From NCBI GenBank assembly GCA_964560325.1, contig CAZLLV010000561.1, positions 486 to 64,485 on the forward strand: a stretch of 64,000 nucleotides of DNA. Direction: 5' to 3'. The notes beneath the pieces were generated by a model. The model was not told the origin of the DNA, searched no databases, and worked only from the letters and a program-made list of their open reading frames with translations. The translations under genes were made by a program, and so were the position numbers. Below, in pieces: positions 9,354 to 18,482 of the stretch (the stretch's first letter is position 1; every line of letters starts with the position of its first letter). The stretch comes from an uncultured Thermoanaerobaculia bacterium. Its GTDB lineage: Bacteria > Acidobacteriota > Thermoanaerobaculia > Multivoradales > DATKCC01.

Positions 9354-11474
9354 GTGCCCACCTCCTCGCGCCTCCTCGCCGTCGCTCTCCTCTCCACGCT
9401 CGCCTGCTCCGGCGCGCCGCGCGCCGCCACATCTCCGGCGGCACCGGAGCCGGACGGCGAGGCGATGCGGGCGGTGCTCCTGTCGCTGGTCGACCAGCAG
9501 CTCTACGAGCCGACGATCGTGCGGCGGGGGCTGGTGGGGCCGACGGAGGTCCGGCGGGCGACGGCGGTGGCGGTCGGGCGGATCGGCGACCCGGACGGGC
9601 TGGAGGCGCTCTACGCGCTGCTCGCCGACGACGACGTGGAGGTGCGGCGAGAGGCGGCGTTCGCGATCGGCGAGGTGATGGAGGCGCCCGAGCTCCTGGC
9701 GACCGGGGGCGAGGCGCCGGAGGCCAGGGTGCGCGCCGCGGCCCGACTGCTCGACGCCGTCGGCGATCCGGACCGCGACGTCGGCCGCCTGGCGGTCGAA
9801 GCGCTCGGCAAGGGCGGCGTTTCGATCGCGACGGTGGCCGAGCGGCTGGGCGGGATCGAAGACGCGGCGGAGCGGTGGGCGCGGCTCCTGCCGGGGCTCT
9901 TCCGCTATCCGGAGCCCGCGTCGGTGGCGGTGGCGGCCGACTTCCTCGTCAGCGAGACCGCCGCCGACCCCGAGCTCCACCGCTGGGCCGCCTACGCCCT
10001 CACCCGGGAGCCGCGGCCGGAAGCGGTGCCGCACGTCCGCACCCTCGTCGCCGACGCCGACCCGCGCATCCAAGCCTGGGCAGCGCGGGCGCTCGGCCGG
10101 ATCGGCGACGCCTCCGACCTGCCGCGGCTCTTCCTGCTCCTCGCGTCCGACGACGCCGGTCCGGTCGTCCACGCCCTCCGCTCGGCCCGCGCGCTGGTCG
10201 ACGCGAGCGGCGAGGAGGCGCCGGCCGCGTGGCGCGGACCGCTCGGGCAGCTCGTGGCGGACCCGCGGCCGGGCGTGCGGGTGACGGCGATGGAAGCGTC
10301 GGCCGCCTGGCTGCCGGACGAGACGCTCGGGAGGGCGCTGGCGCGGATCGCCGGGGGCGACGACACGGCCTGGGAGCGGGGCACCGCGCTCGTCGCCCTG
10401 GCCGTGGGCGGTGATCCGCGGGCGAGCGGCCTGGCGGCCGAGCTGGCCGGGTCGGACGACGAGACGCTCCGGGCGTACGCGGCCGAAGCCGCCGGGGTCC
10501 TGGAAGAGGAGGACCTGCTGGCGATCCTCGCCGACGACCGGCGCGCGCGGGTGCGCCAGGCGGTCCTGGCGGCGCGTCTGGCGCTGACCGGCGAGGAGGG
10601 CGCCGAGGGTGCGGCTCGCGAGCTCGCCCGCGCCGCGCTCCGCGACCCCGACGCCGGCGTGCGGACGACGGCGCTCGGCTGGCTGGTCGACCGCCCGGTG
10701 CTGACGGTCCCGGAGGTGGGCGCCGCCTTCGCCCCGGCATCCGCCGCGGCATCCGCCACAGTCCCAGGGGCACCTGTCGAGCGGACGGTCGAGGAGCTGC
10801 TGACCGCGGTCGACGCGCTGGCGGCCCTGGCGGCGGACGCCGCCGCGGAAGCCGACGACCCGAGGTCCGCCCTGGAGACCGACCCCGCCGTCGGCCTCTT
10901 GCTGGCGGTCACCGACACGGCCGAGCTGCCGGTGCGCCGACGCGCGGCCGAAGCGCTCGCCGCGCTCGGTCTGCCGCGGCCCGACCCGGGGCACCACCCG
11001 ACGCGACTCCCACCCGCCGTCTACCGCAGCGTTCTCGAACAGGCCGCCGCGCCGCGCACCGTCGAGATGGTCACCCGGCGCGGCGCGGTGACGATCCGCC
11101 TCGACTGCCCGCGGGCGCCGCTCACCTGCCTGAGCTTCCTCCAGCTCGTCCGCCAGGGGTACTACGACGGCCTCGCCTTCCACCGGGTGGTGCCCGACTT
11201 CGTGGTCCAGACGGGCGACCCGCGCGGCGACGGCTGGGGCGGACCGGGCTACACGATCCGCGACGAGATCGGCCGCCTCCGCTACGGCCGCGGTGTGGTC
11301 GGCATGGCGCTCGCCGGCCCCGACACCGGCGGCAGCCAGCTCTTCGTCACCCTCGCGCCGCACCCCCACCTCGACGGCGGCTACACCGCCTTCGGCGAGG
11401 TGGTCGAGGGGATGGAGGTGCTCGACGAGATCCGCCAGGGGGACCGGATCGTCACGGTCCGCGAGGTGCCGTGA
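9354..11474 (+). CDS. lipoprotein with HEAT-like repeats and a C-terminal cyclophilin-type peptidyl-prolyl isomerase domain
   Basis: Lipobox LSTLACSG, then repeated HEAT/PBS-lyase-like helical units. The C-terminus [25 protein letters not shown]...[21 protein letters not shown] is a cyclophilin PPIase. Confidence 0.75.
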   Translation: MPTSSRLLAVALLSTLACSGAPRAATSPAAPEPDGEAMRAVLLSLVDQQLYEPTIVRRGLVGPTEVRRATAVAVGRIGDPDGLEALYALLADDDVEVRREAAFAIGEVMEAPELLATGGEAPEARVRAAARLLDAVGDPDRDVGRLAVEALGKGGVSIATVAERLGGIEDAAERWARLLPGLFRYPEPASVAVAADFLVSETAADPELHRWAAYALTREPRPEAVPHVRTLVADADPRIQAWAARALGRIGDASDLPRLFLLLASDDAGPVVHALRSARALVDASGEEAPAAWRGPLGQLVADPRPGVRVTAMEASAAWLPDETLGRALARIAGGDDTAWERGTALVALAVGGDPRASGLAAELAGSDDETLRAYAAEAAGVLEEEDLLAILADDRRARVRQAVLAARLALTGEEGAEGAARELARAALRDPDAGVRTTALGWLVDRPVLTVPEVGAAFAPASAAASATVPGAPVERTVEELLTAVDALAALAADAAAEADDPRSALETDPAVGLLLAVTDTAELPVRRRAAEALAALGLPRPDPGHHPTRLPPAVYRSVLEQAAAPRTVEMVTRRGAVTIRLDCPRAPLTCLSFLQLVRQGYYDGLAFHRVVPDFVVQTGDPRGDGWGGPGYTIRDEIGRLRYGRGVVGMALAGPDTGGSQLFVTLAPHPHLDGGYTAFGEVVEGMEVLDEIRQGDRIVTVREVP

Positions 11475-12589
11475 CGACCGTCCTGGCGCTCGGGGTCGGG
11501 GCGGTCTTCCTCGCCCTGGCGCTCCGGGTCGACCGGTGGCGGAGGTACGCGCCGCCCCTCGCCCCGGCGGACGGCGCGGCGGAGGAGCAGGGGGCGGTCA
11601 CCGTGCTGCTGCCGGCCCGGGACGAGGAGGGGAACGTCGAAGCGTGCGTCCGCGGGCTGCTGGCGCGAACGGGCGAGCCGCCGGTCCCGGCGCGGGTCGT
11701 GGTGATCGACGACGGCTCCGAGGACCGGACGGCCGAGATCGTCCGGCGGATGGCGGCCGAGGAGCCGCGGGTCGAGCTGGTCGCGGCGCCGCCGCTCCCC
11801 GCCGGCTGGAAGGGGAAGGTCCACGCCCTCGAGACCGGCCTCGGCCTCGTGGAGACGCCCTGGCTCCTCTCGACCGACGCCGACACCCGGCACCACCCCG
11901 ACCTGCTCGCCCGCGCCCTCGCGACCGCCCGCGAGCGGCGGCTCGACTCGCTCTCGGTCACCGGCTTCGAGGAGGCGTGCGGCCCGGGGGAGAACCTGGT
12001 CACGCCGGTCGTCTTCGCTCTTCTCGACGCGCTGCTCGGCGACTGGGGACCGGCGGCGGCCGGCGAGACCGAGATCGCGAACGGGCAGTTCTTCCTGGTG
12101 CGGGCGGCCGCCCTCCGCACCGCCGGCGGCTTCGCCAGCCTGCGCAGCGCCGCCCTCGACGACGTGACCCTCGCCCGGACACTGCGCGCCGCCGACTTCC
12201 GCCACGGCTTCCTGCGCGCGCCGGAGCTGCTGCGCGTGCGCATGTACCGAGGTTTCCGCGCGACCTTCCGCGGCTGGCGCCGCAACCTGGGCGCGATCTT
12301 CGCCGGCCGGCGGCGCGACGCGGCGCTCGTCCTCTCGGCGCTCCTCGCCCCGCCGGCGCTGCTCGCGGCGCTGCTCCTCGGCGGGCACGGCCTCCCGGCG
12401 CTCCTCCTCTGGGCCTGCGGCGCAGCCGCGTCGGCCGTCCTCCGGCGCGGCAGCGGCCACGCGCCGGCCTACGGTCTTCTGTACCCCCTGGACGCCCTCG
12501 TCACCGGCTCCTGCCTCGCCCTCGGCCTGCGCGACGCGGCACGCGGCGCGCTCGCGTCCTGGAAAGGTCGCCCCGTGCGGCTCGAGTAG
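11471..12589 (+). CDS. glycosyltransferase family 2
   Basis: [14 protein letters not shown] and [10 protein letters not shown] motifs (DxD-type GT-A fold) with C-terminal hydrophobic segments. GTG start overlaps the upstream stop. Confidence 0.7.
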   Translation: MTTVLALGVGAVFLALALRVDRWRRYAPPLAPADGAAEEQGAVTVLLPARDEEGNVEACVRGLLARTGEPPVPARVVVIDDGSEDRTAEIVRRMAAEEPRVELVAAPPLPAGWKGKVHALETGLGLVETPWLLSTDADTRHHPDLLARALATARERRLDSLSVTGFEEACGPGENLVTPVVFALLDALLGDWGPAAAGETEIANGQFFLVRAAALRTAGGFASLRSAALDDVTLARTLRAADFRHGFLRAPELLRVRMYRGFRATFRGWRRNLGAIFAGRRRDAALVLSALLAPPALLAALLLGGHGLPALLLWACGAAASAVLRRGSGHAPAYGLLYPLDALVTGSCLALGLRDAARGALASWKGRPVRLE

Positions 12590-12696
12590 GAGCGTCACGA
12601 AACTCCAGAATGCCGGCACTTACCGTGTAACCGTCGAACAACCTCCCGATCCCATCGCGGCGGCCCGCCCGGGCCGCGAGGAGCCTCTTCCCTTTC

Positions 12697-13617
12697 ATGA
12701 ACGTCCCGCTCGCGCCCAATCGGCCGAACTTCTTCATCGTCGGTGCCCCCCGGTCCGGAACCGGTTCGCTCTACCTGTACCTGAAGCAGCACCCGGAGGT
12801 CTACGTCTCCCTGCTCAAGGAGCCGCAGTTCTTCGGCGCCGACCTGGCGCGCAACCCGCCGGGCATCCGCGACGAGGACGTCTACCTGGAGCTGTTCGAG
12901 CTGGGGAACGACCGGCCGCTTCGGGGGGAGGCGTCGGTCTGGTACCTGTCGTCGCTCCAGGCCCCGTACGAGATCCGCGCCTTCTCGCCCGAGGCGAAGA
13001 TCGTGATCCTGCTGCGCGAGCCGGCGGAGATGGCCTGGTCGCTCCACGCGCTCCACGTGCAGAACGGCGACGAGAATCTCACGGGCTTCGAGGAGGCGCT
13101 CGCGGCGGAGCCCGCGCGGCGAGGCGGCCGGAGTCTCCCGGCGGGCACGCCCGCCGCGGAGGCGCTGCAGTACGCGGAAGCCGCGCGCTACGCGCCCAAG
13201 GTGGAGCGCTACCTCGACGTGTTCGGCCCGGAGAACGTCTGCTGCGTGCTGTTCGACGACCTGGTGCGCGACTCGGGGATCACCTGTCGCCGGGTGCTCG
13301 AGTTCCTGGGCGCCGACCCGGAGCTCCGCGTCGAGCTGGACGCGGAGCGGGCGCGCGAGCGGGTTCGGATGATGGTCGCGCGGCAGCTCCGGAGCGCTTC
13401 GCCCGAGGTGCGGCGGCGGGTGCGATGGGAGCAGGCGCGGCGACACGAGAGTCCTCCGCGCTCGCCGCTCGACCACCGAGTGGCCGCGCGGCTCCGGGAG
13501 CGGCTGGCCGGGGACACCCTCTGGCTGGGCGAGCTGATCGGCCGCGACCTCTCGCCGTGGTTGCGCGGGGAGCGGGTGGGGGTGGCGCAGGTGGCGGGCT
13601 CCGTGGCCGAGGCGTAG
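12697..13617 (+). CDS. sulfotransferase family protein
   Basis: 5'-PSB motif FIVGAPRSGTGSL and a 3'-PB region, as in PAPS-dependent sulfotransferases. Confidence 0.8.
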   Translation: MNVPLAPNRPNFFIVGAPRSGTGSLYLYLKQHPEVYVSLLKEPQFFGADLARNPPGIRDEDVYLELFELGNDRPLRGEASVWYLSSLQAPYEIRAFSPEAKIVILLREPAEMAWSLHALHVQNGDENLTGFEEALAAEPARRGGRSLPAGTPAAEALQYAEAARYAPKVERYLDVFGPENVCCVLFDDLVRDSGITCRRVLEFLGADPELRVELDAERARERVRMMVARQLRSASPEVRRRVRWEQARRHESPPRSPLDHRVAARLRERLAGDTLWLGELIGRDLSPWLRGERVGVAQVAGSVAEA

Positions 13618-13655
13618 GGGCGTGCGCGCGCCCCACCCCTGCTAGACTCCCATCG

Positions 13656-14204
13656 ATGAAGAGGCCGCTTTCGCGCACGCTCTCCGTCCGGCGGGTCGCC
13701 GGGGCGGTGCTGCTCGCCGCCGTGCCGGTGCTCGCCTGCGCGGCCGAAGAGGAGTCGCCGGCCGCGATCGTCGGCCCGACCACGCGCGAGGCGATCGAGG
13801 CGGCCGATCCGTCGTGGGTCGCGGCCACGGTCGAGGCCGAGATCGACGTGGACGACGCGGCGGCGCTCGCGGCGGTCGATCCGGGCGCCGAGGTGACGGT
13901 CTTCCTCGGCACCTGGTGCGACGACAGCCGCCGCGAGGTGCCGCGCTTCTGGCGCGCGCTCGACCAGGTCGGCGGCCTCGTTCCCTTCGAGATCGAGTAC
14001 GTCGCCGTCGACCGAGACAAGCGAGAGCCGGCCGACCGGGTCGAGCCCGCCGGGGTCCTCTACGTTCCGACCTTCGTCGTCCGCCGTGGCGGCGAGGAGG
14101 TCGGCCGGGTGGTCGAGACCTCCCCGAACGGCATCGAGACCGACCTCCTGGCGCTCCTCACCGGCGAAGCTTCCGGCGTCCTCTCCGACCGCGACGACGT
14201 CTGA
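13656..14204 (+). CDS. thioredoxin-fold lipoprotein with a monothiol WCDDS site
   Basis: Lipobox VLACAAEE. The FLGTWCDDSRREVPRF motif is thioredoxin-like CxxS. Real start is ATG 13656 within a longer track ORF. Confidence 0.6.
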   Translation: MKRPLSRTLSVRRVAGAVLLAAVPVLACAAEEESPAAIVGPTTREAIEAADPSWVAATVEAEIDVDDAAALAAVDPGAEVTVFLGTWCDDSRREVPRFWRALDQVGGLVPFEIEYVAVDRDKREPADRVEPAGVLYVPTFVVRRGGEEVGRVVETSPNGIETDLLALLTGEASGVLSDRDDV

Positions 14205-14264
14205 CCCCGCCGAGACCCCCGCCTGCAACCTTCGCATCCCCCCTCCGTACTGACGACTGACGCC

Positions 14265-14852
14265 ATGGCCCGCGAGGCGGTGCAGCCCACCGACGAGGAG
14301 CTGGTGGAACAGATCCTCGGCGGCGCGCGGGAGCGCTTCGGCGACCTGGTGGAGCGTTACCAGGGCCGCCTGGTGAACTACCTGTACCGGCTGCTCCGCA
14401 ACACCGAGGACGCTCATGAGCTGTCGCAGGAGGTCTTTGTCAAGGTGTACCAGGCGCTCGACCGCTACGACCCGCGGTACCGCTTCTCGACCTGGATCTT
14501 CCGGGTGGCGCAGAACGCCGCGATCGACGAGATCCGCAAGCGGCGCATCCGCCTCGTCTCCTTCGAAGGACGGGAAGACGAGGCCGGGGAGACGCGGGAG
14601 TGGGAGCCGGTCAGCCCGGAGCGCGGGCCGTATCGCGAGCTGCGCAACGTCGAGCGGAGCGGAGCGATCCAGGACGCGATCGAGAAGCTCCCCTGGGAGT
14701 ACCGGGAGCTGATCGTGCTCCGGCACTTCGGCGAGCTGTCGTACGACGAGATCGCACGTCTCAAGACGATGCCGCTGGGCACCGTGAAGAACAAGCTGTT
14801 CCGAGGGCGGCAGATGCTCAAGGAAGAGCTGGCGGATTACTTGCTGGACTGA
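14265..14852 (+). CDS. RNA polymerase ECF-type sigma-70 factor
   Basis: Sigma-70 region 2 (YLYRLLRNTEDAHELSQEVFVKVY) and region 4 (LPWEYRELIVLRHFGELSYDEIA). Confidence 0.9.
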   Translation: MAREAVQPTDEELVEQILGGARERFGDLVERYQGRLVNYLYRLLRNTEDAHELSQEVFVKVYQALDRYDPRYRFSTWIFRVAQNAAIDEIRKRRIRLVSFEGREDEAGETREWEPVSPERGPYRELRNVERSGAIQDAIEKLPWEYRELIVLRHFGELSYDEIARLKTMPLGTVKNKLFRGRQMLKEELADYLLD

Positions 14853-14914
14853 CCCGGATCGGGATGGTCGAGACGACCGGGCGGCGAAGACGCGGAGATA
14901 CGAGGAGCGAAGAG

Positions 14915-15553
14915 ATGAACGACCGAGCGCAAGGGGCCGGGCACGAGCAGCTCCGGGAGTGGATCACTCTCGAGCGGGAGCCGGGGGATCTGCTTTCCCT
15001 GGACGAGCGGCGCCGCCTCGCGGAGCACGTGGCCGGCTGCCGCGAATGCCGAGAGGAGCGCGAGGCCTACGCGCGGCTCGATGCGCTCCTCGCCGAGGAC
15101 GCCGTGCCGGTGCGCGACGGCTTCCGAGACGACGTGATGGCGTCGCTCTCCGCCGCCGGATGGGAGGGGCGGGCACCGCGCGCCTGGCGCCTGCCGGTCG
15201 CGGTGATGGCGGCCCTCGCGATCGCCGCCGGCTGGATCGTGGCGAGCCCGGCGGCCGGCGGCGGCACGGTCGGTGCGCTCGGCGGCGCCCTGGCCGCCCT
15301 GGGCGACATGGCGGCCACCGGCCTGCTCGCCGCGAGCGGCCTGCTCTGGGCCTCGTGGCGGGGCTTCGGCCTCGCCGTCGACGCGTACCTCGCCCCGGGG
15401 GCGGCGATCGCGCTCTTCGTCCTGGTGGTGAGCCTCGACGTCCTCCTGCTGTCGATCCTGGTCCGCCACGGCAAGGCGGCGCCGGAGGAGGCGGGCACCG
15501 AAGGCGGAGGACGGAAGGCCGAGCTCACCTGGCGCCGCGGCAAGCGCTTCTGA
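14915..15553 (+). CDS. anti-sigma factor (zf-HC2 type), membrane-spanning
   Basis: HxxxCxxC motif EHVAGCRECRE immediately after the sigma gene, with central TM segments. ATG at 14915 is preceded by GAGGAG. Confidence 0.7.
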   Translation: MNDRAQGAGHEQLREWITLEREPGDLLSLDERRRLAEHVAGCRECREEREAYARLDALLAEDAVPVRDGFRDDVMASLSAAGWEGRAPRAWRLPVAVMAALAIAAGWIVASPAAGGGTVGALGGALAALGDMAATGLLAASGLLWASWRGFGLAVDAYLAPGAAIALFVLVVSLDVLLLSILVRHGKAAPEEAGTEGGGRKAELTWRRGKRF

Positions 15554-15573
15554 TCCTTCCGCGGGCCGTGACC

Positions 15574-16536
15574 ATGCGACGTATCGCTCTCGCCGCCGCG
15601 ATCCTCGGCCTGGCGGCCACGGCCTCGCCGCCGGTGCTCGGCGCCCCCTCCGGCGAAACGCCCGCCGACGATCCGTCCGAGACCGCGCTGGTGATCCGCG
15701 AAGGGAGCCTCGCACGCCGCCAGGTGGTGGCGGTGGGCCGCGACGTGGTGGTCGCCGGCGAGGCGCTCTCCGACGTGGCGGCGCTCGACGGCTCGGTGCG
15801 GGTGACCGGCTCCGTCTCCGGTGACGTGATCGTCCTGGGCGGCGACGTGGAGCTCGGCCCGTCGTCGCGCGTCGGCGGCGACGTGTTCGCGGTCGGCGGA
15901 CGGATCGACGCGGCCACCGGCGCCACCGTCGAGGGGCGCACCGTCGCCCATCCGACGGCCTCCGCGGTCTGGCTCACCCTCCTCGAAGGGCCGTCGCTCG
16001 GCACGTCGGCGACCACGCCGGTGATCCTGGGCGCGAAGCTCGCCCTGATGGCCGCCTGGATGGCGCTGACTCTTCTCCTCTTCGCCGCCTCCGGCCGGGA
16101 GGTGCTCTCGACCTCGGAGACGGTGCGCCGCGAACCGTTCCGCTGCTTCGTCACCGGGCTGACCGGCGTCCTGGCGCTGGCGCTCACGGCGATCGCCTTC
16201 GGCGCCCTCGCGCCGGCGATCGCCGGCGCTCCGCTCCTGGTCCTGGTGATCCTCTTCGCCCTGCTGCTCAAGCTCTGGGGGATGGTCGCCGTCTTCCACG
16301 CGCTGGGCGAGCGGGCGCTGCGCTTGGCCCGGCGCCCCCGGGCGCTGGCGCTCAACGCCGCGACCGCCGGGCTGCTGCTGCTCGGCGTGATGAAGTTCGT
16401 GCCGATGGTGGGCGCCTGGGTGTGGACGGTCGCGACGCTGATCGGCGTCGGTGCCTCGCTCACCTCGAAGTTCGGGCGTCAGGAGGCGTGGTTCCGGATC
16501 GGCGAGCTCGACGCCCCCGCCGCCCGCCGCGTCTGA
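15574..16536 (+). CDS. membrane protein with an N-terminal bactofilin-like beta-helical repeat domain
   Basis: Signal peptide, then repeats of the form VxGDVxVLGGDVELGPSSRVGGDVFAVGG, then about five TM helices. Third gene of the sigma / anti-sigma operon. Confidence 0.55.
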   Translation: MRRIALAAAILGLAATASPPVLGAPSGETPADDPSETALVIREGSLARRQVVAVGRDVVVAGEALSDVAALDGSVRVTGSVSGDVIVLGGDVELGPSSRVGGDVFAVGGRIDAATGATVEGRTVAHPTASAVWLTLLEGPSLGTSATTPVILGAKLALMAAWMALTLLLFAASGREVLSTSETVRREPFRCFVTGLTGVLALALTAIAFGALAPAIAGAPLLVLVILFALLLKLWGMVAVFHALGERALRLARRPRALALNAATAGLLLLGVMKFVPMVGAWVWTVATLIGVGASLTSKFGRQEAWFRIGELDAPAARRV

Positions 16537-16655
16537 CGCCCTCCCGCCCGTCTCCCTCGATCGCGGGCCGGTCGCCGCCGAAAACCGTGGCGGCGGTCCC
16601 TCCCATGCTGCATACTGCGCTTCCTTCGTGAGCGTGGCCGAGGAGACGCGACGAC

Positions 16656-18431
16656 ATGACCTGGGAGATCGGAATCCTCCTCGCCCTCTTGGGCGTCGCG
16701 GTCGTGCTGTTCGCGACCGAGAAGGTCTCGGTCGACGTGACGGCGCTCCTGCTGGTGCTCGCCCTGTTCGCGGCCGGCATCGTCGACGGCGACGCGATCA
16801 CGCTCGGCTTCGCGAACGACGTGCTGCTCTTCCTGGGCAGCCTGTTCGTCGTCACCGAGGGGCTCGGCCAGACCGGGGCGCTGGCGCGCCTCGAAAACCG
16901 CCTGGTGACCTTCACCTCCGGCCGTCCCTGGCTGCTGATGGCGATGCTCCTGCCCGGGGTCGGCGTGATGTCGGCCTTCCTGAGCAACACGGCGACCGTC
17001 GGGGCGCTCCTGCCGCTCGTCATCGGCCTCGCGCGGCGGGCGAAGATGCCGGCGTCCCGCCTCCTGATGCCGGTCGCCTTCGCCTCGATCCTCGGCGGGA
17101 CCTGCACCCTGATCGGCACCTCGACCAACATCGTCGTCTCGGGGCTGATGCCGCGCTACGGCCAGGAGCGGCTCGGCCTCTTCGAGCTGGCCCCGGTCGG
17201 GCTTCCGATCCTGGTGCTCGGCGTCGTCTACCTGCTCACGATCGGCCGCCGCCTCCTCCCCGAGCGCCGGGACGAGCCGCTCGAGCTCTACGGGATGCGC
17301 TCGTACCTGGGGGAGGTGGTGGTGCCGGCGGGCTCGCCCTGGGTCGGGCGGCCGTTCTCGGAGGTGGCGCGCAAGGAGGACCAGGAGCTCAACGTCCTCG
17401 GGCTGATCGAGGCGGGGGAGGAGGGCGAGGAGCGGGTGCTGCCGGTCGACCCGGCGCGGGTGTTGGCGGCGGGCGACACGCTGCTGGTCAACGCGCCCCA
17501 GGAGGCGCTGCTCCGTCTCAAGGGGCGCAAGGAGCTCGACCTCGCGGTCGACGAGCGCTGGGGCGAGCGCGAAGGGGTTCGGGTGCAGATCCACGAGATC
17601 GTGCTCGCGCCCGGCTCGCGCCTCGCCCGGCGCAGCCTGCGGGCGCTACGGCTGCGCAGCCGCTTCGGCGTCACCGTGCTCGCCATCTACCGCCGCAGCG
17701 GCGTGCGCCGGAGCCGCCTGCGCGACCTGGTGCTGCGTGACGGCGACGTGCTGCTGATCCAGGGCGCGATCGACGGGCTCGGCCCGCTCCTGCGGGACGG
17801 CGACGTGATCCTGCTCGACCAGTCGGAGGTGCGCCCGCCGGGGCCGCACGCGTGGGTGGCGTCGATCCTGTTCGTGGCGATGATCGTGGTCGGCGGCCTC
17901 GGCCTCGCCCCCTTCTTCGTCGTCGCCCTGGCGGCCGCGACCCTCATGGTCGTGACCGGCTGCCTGCGCACCGACCAGGCGTACCAGGCGGTCGAGTGGC
18001 GCCTGCTGATCATGGTCGGCGCGCTGATGACCCTCGCGACCGCGATGGAGACGACCGGCGCCGCGGCCTACCTGGCGAACCTGGTGATGGTGGTGGCGGA
18101 CGGGTGGGGGCCGCACGTGCTCCTCGCCGGCTTCTATCTCCTCACCCTCCTGCTGACGCAGCCGATGTCGAACCAGGCGTCCGCCCTCGTCGTCCTGCCG
18201 CTCGCCATCCGCACCGCCACCGAGCTCGGCCTCGAGCCGCGCGCCTTCGCGGTCACCGTCGCGCTCGCCGCCTCGAGCAGCTTCATCACCCCGCTCGAGC
18301 CGGCGAGCCTCCTGGTCTACGGCCCGGGGAGGTATCGCTTCCGGGACTTCTTCGTCGTCGGCCTGCCCCTCACGCTGATCGTCTTCGTCGTGACGATGCT
18401 CCTCGTCCCCCGCCTCTGGCCGCTGGGGTAG
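16656..18431 (+). CDS. DASS/SLC13-type anion transporter with two central TrkA-C domains
   Basis: 591 aa. Permease halves flank two TrkA_C-like segments (for example LGEVVVPAGSPWVGRPFSEV and IHEIVLAPGSRLARRSL). Confidence 0.8.
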   Translation: MTWEIGILLALLGVAVVLFATEKVSVDVTALLLVLALFAAGIVDGDAITLGFANDVLLFLGSLFVVTEGLGQTGALARLENRLVTFTSGRPWLLMAMLLPGVGVMSAFLSNTATVGALLPLVIGLARRAKMPASRLLMPVAFASILGGTCTLIGTSTNIVVSGLMPRYGQERLGLFELAPVGLPILVLGVVYLLTIGRRLLPERRDEPLELYGMRSYLGEVVVPAGSPWVGRPFSEVARKEDQELNVLGLIEAGEEGEERVLPVDPARVLAAGDTLLVNAPQEALLRLKGRKELDLAVDERWGEREGVRVQIHEIVLAPGSRLARRSLRALRLRSRFGVTVLAIYRRSGVRRSRLRDLVLRDGDVLLIQGAIDGLGPLLRDGDVILLDQSEVRPPGPHAWVASILFVAMIVVGGLGLAPFFVVALAAATLMVVTGCLRTDQAYQAVEWRLLIMVGALMTLATAMETTGAAAYLANLVMVVADGWGPHVLLAGFYLLTLLLTQPMSNQASALVVLPLAIRTATELGLEPRAFAVTVALAASSSFITPLEPASLLVYGPGRYRFRDFFVVGLPLTLIVFVVTMLLVPRLWPLG

Positions 18432-18482
18432 GGGGTCCTCGAGGCGGATCTGCCGGCGGCCTCTCCGCGGTTTTATGGTAAA

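Noticed and set aside
8691-11369. 892-aa minus-strand ORF and many other long Arg/Pro/Ala/Gly-rich ORFs (for example 328-2436 minus, 4079-5917 minus, 9191-10414 plus, 9992-10918 minus, 50360-53809 minus)
   Set aside because: Their low-complexity R/P/A composition is typical of antisense or off-frame readings in 72% GC DNA. Each overlaps a well-supported gene on the other strand or frame. Only the 3'-terminal higA portion of 8691-11369 is real.
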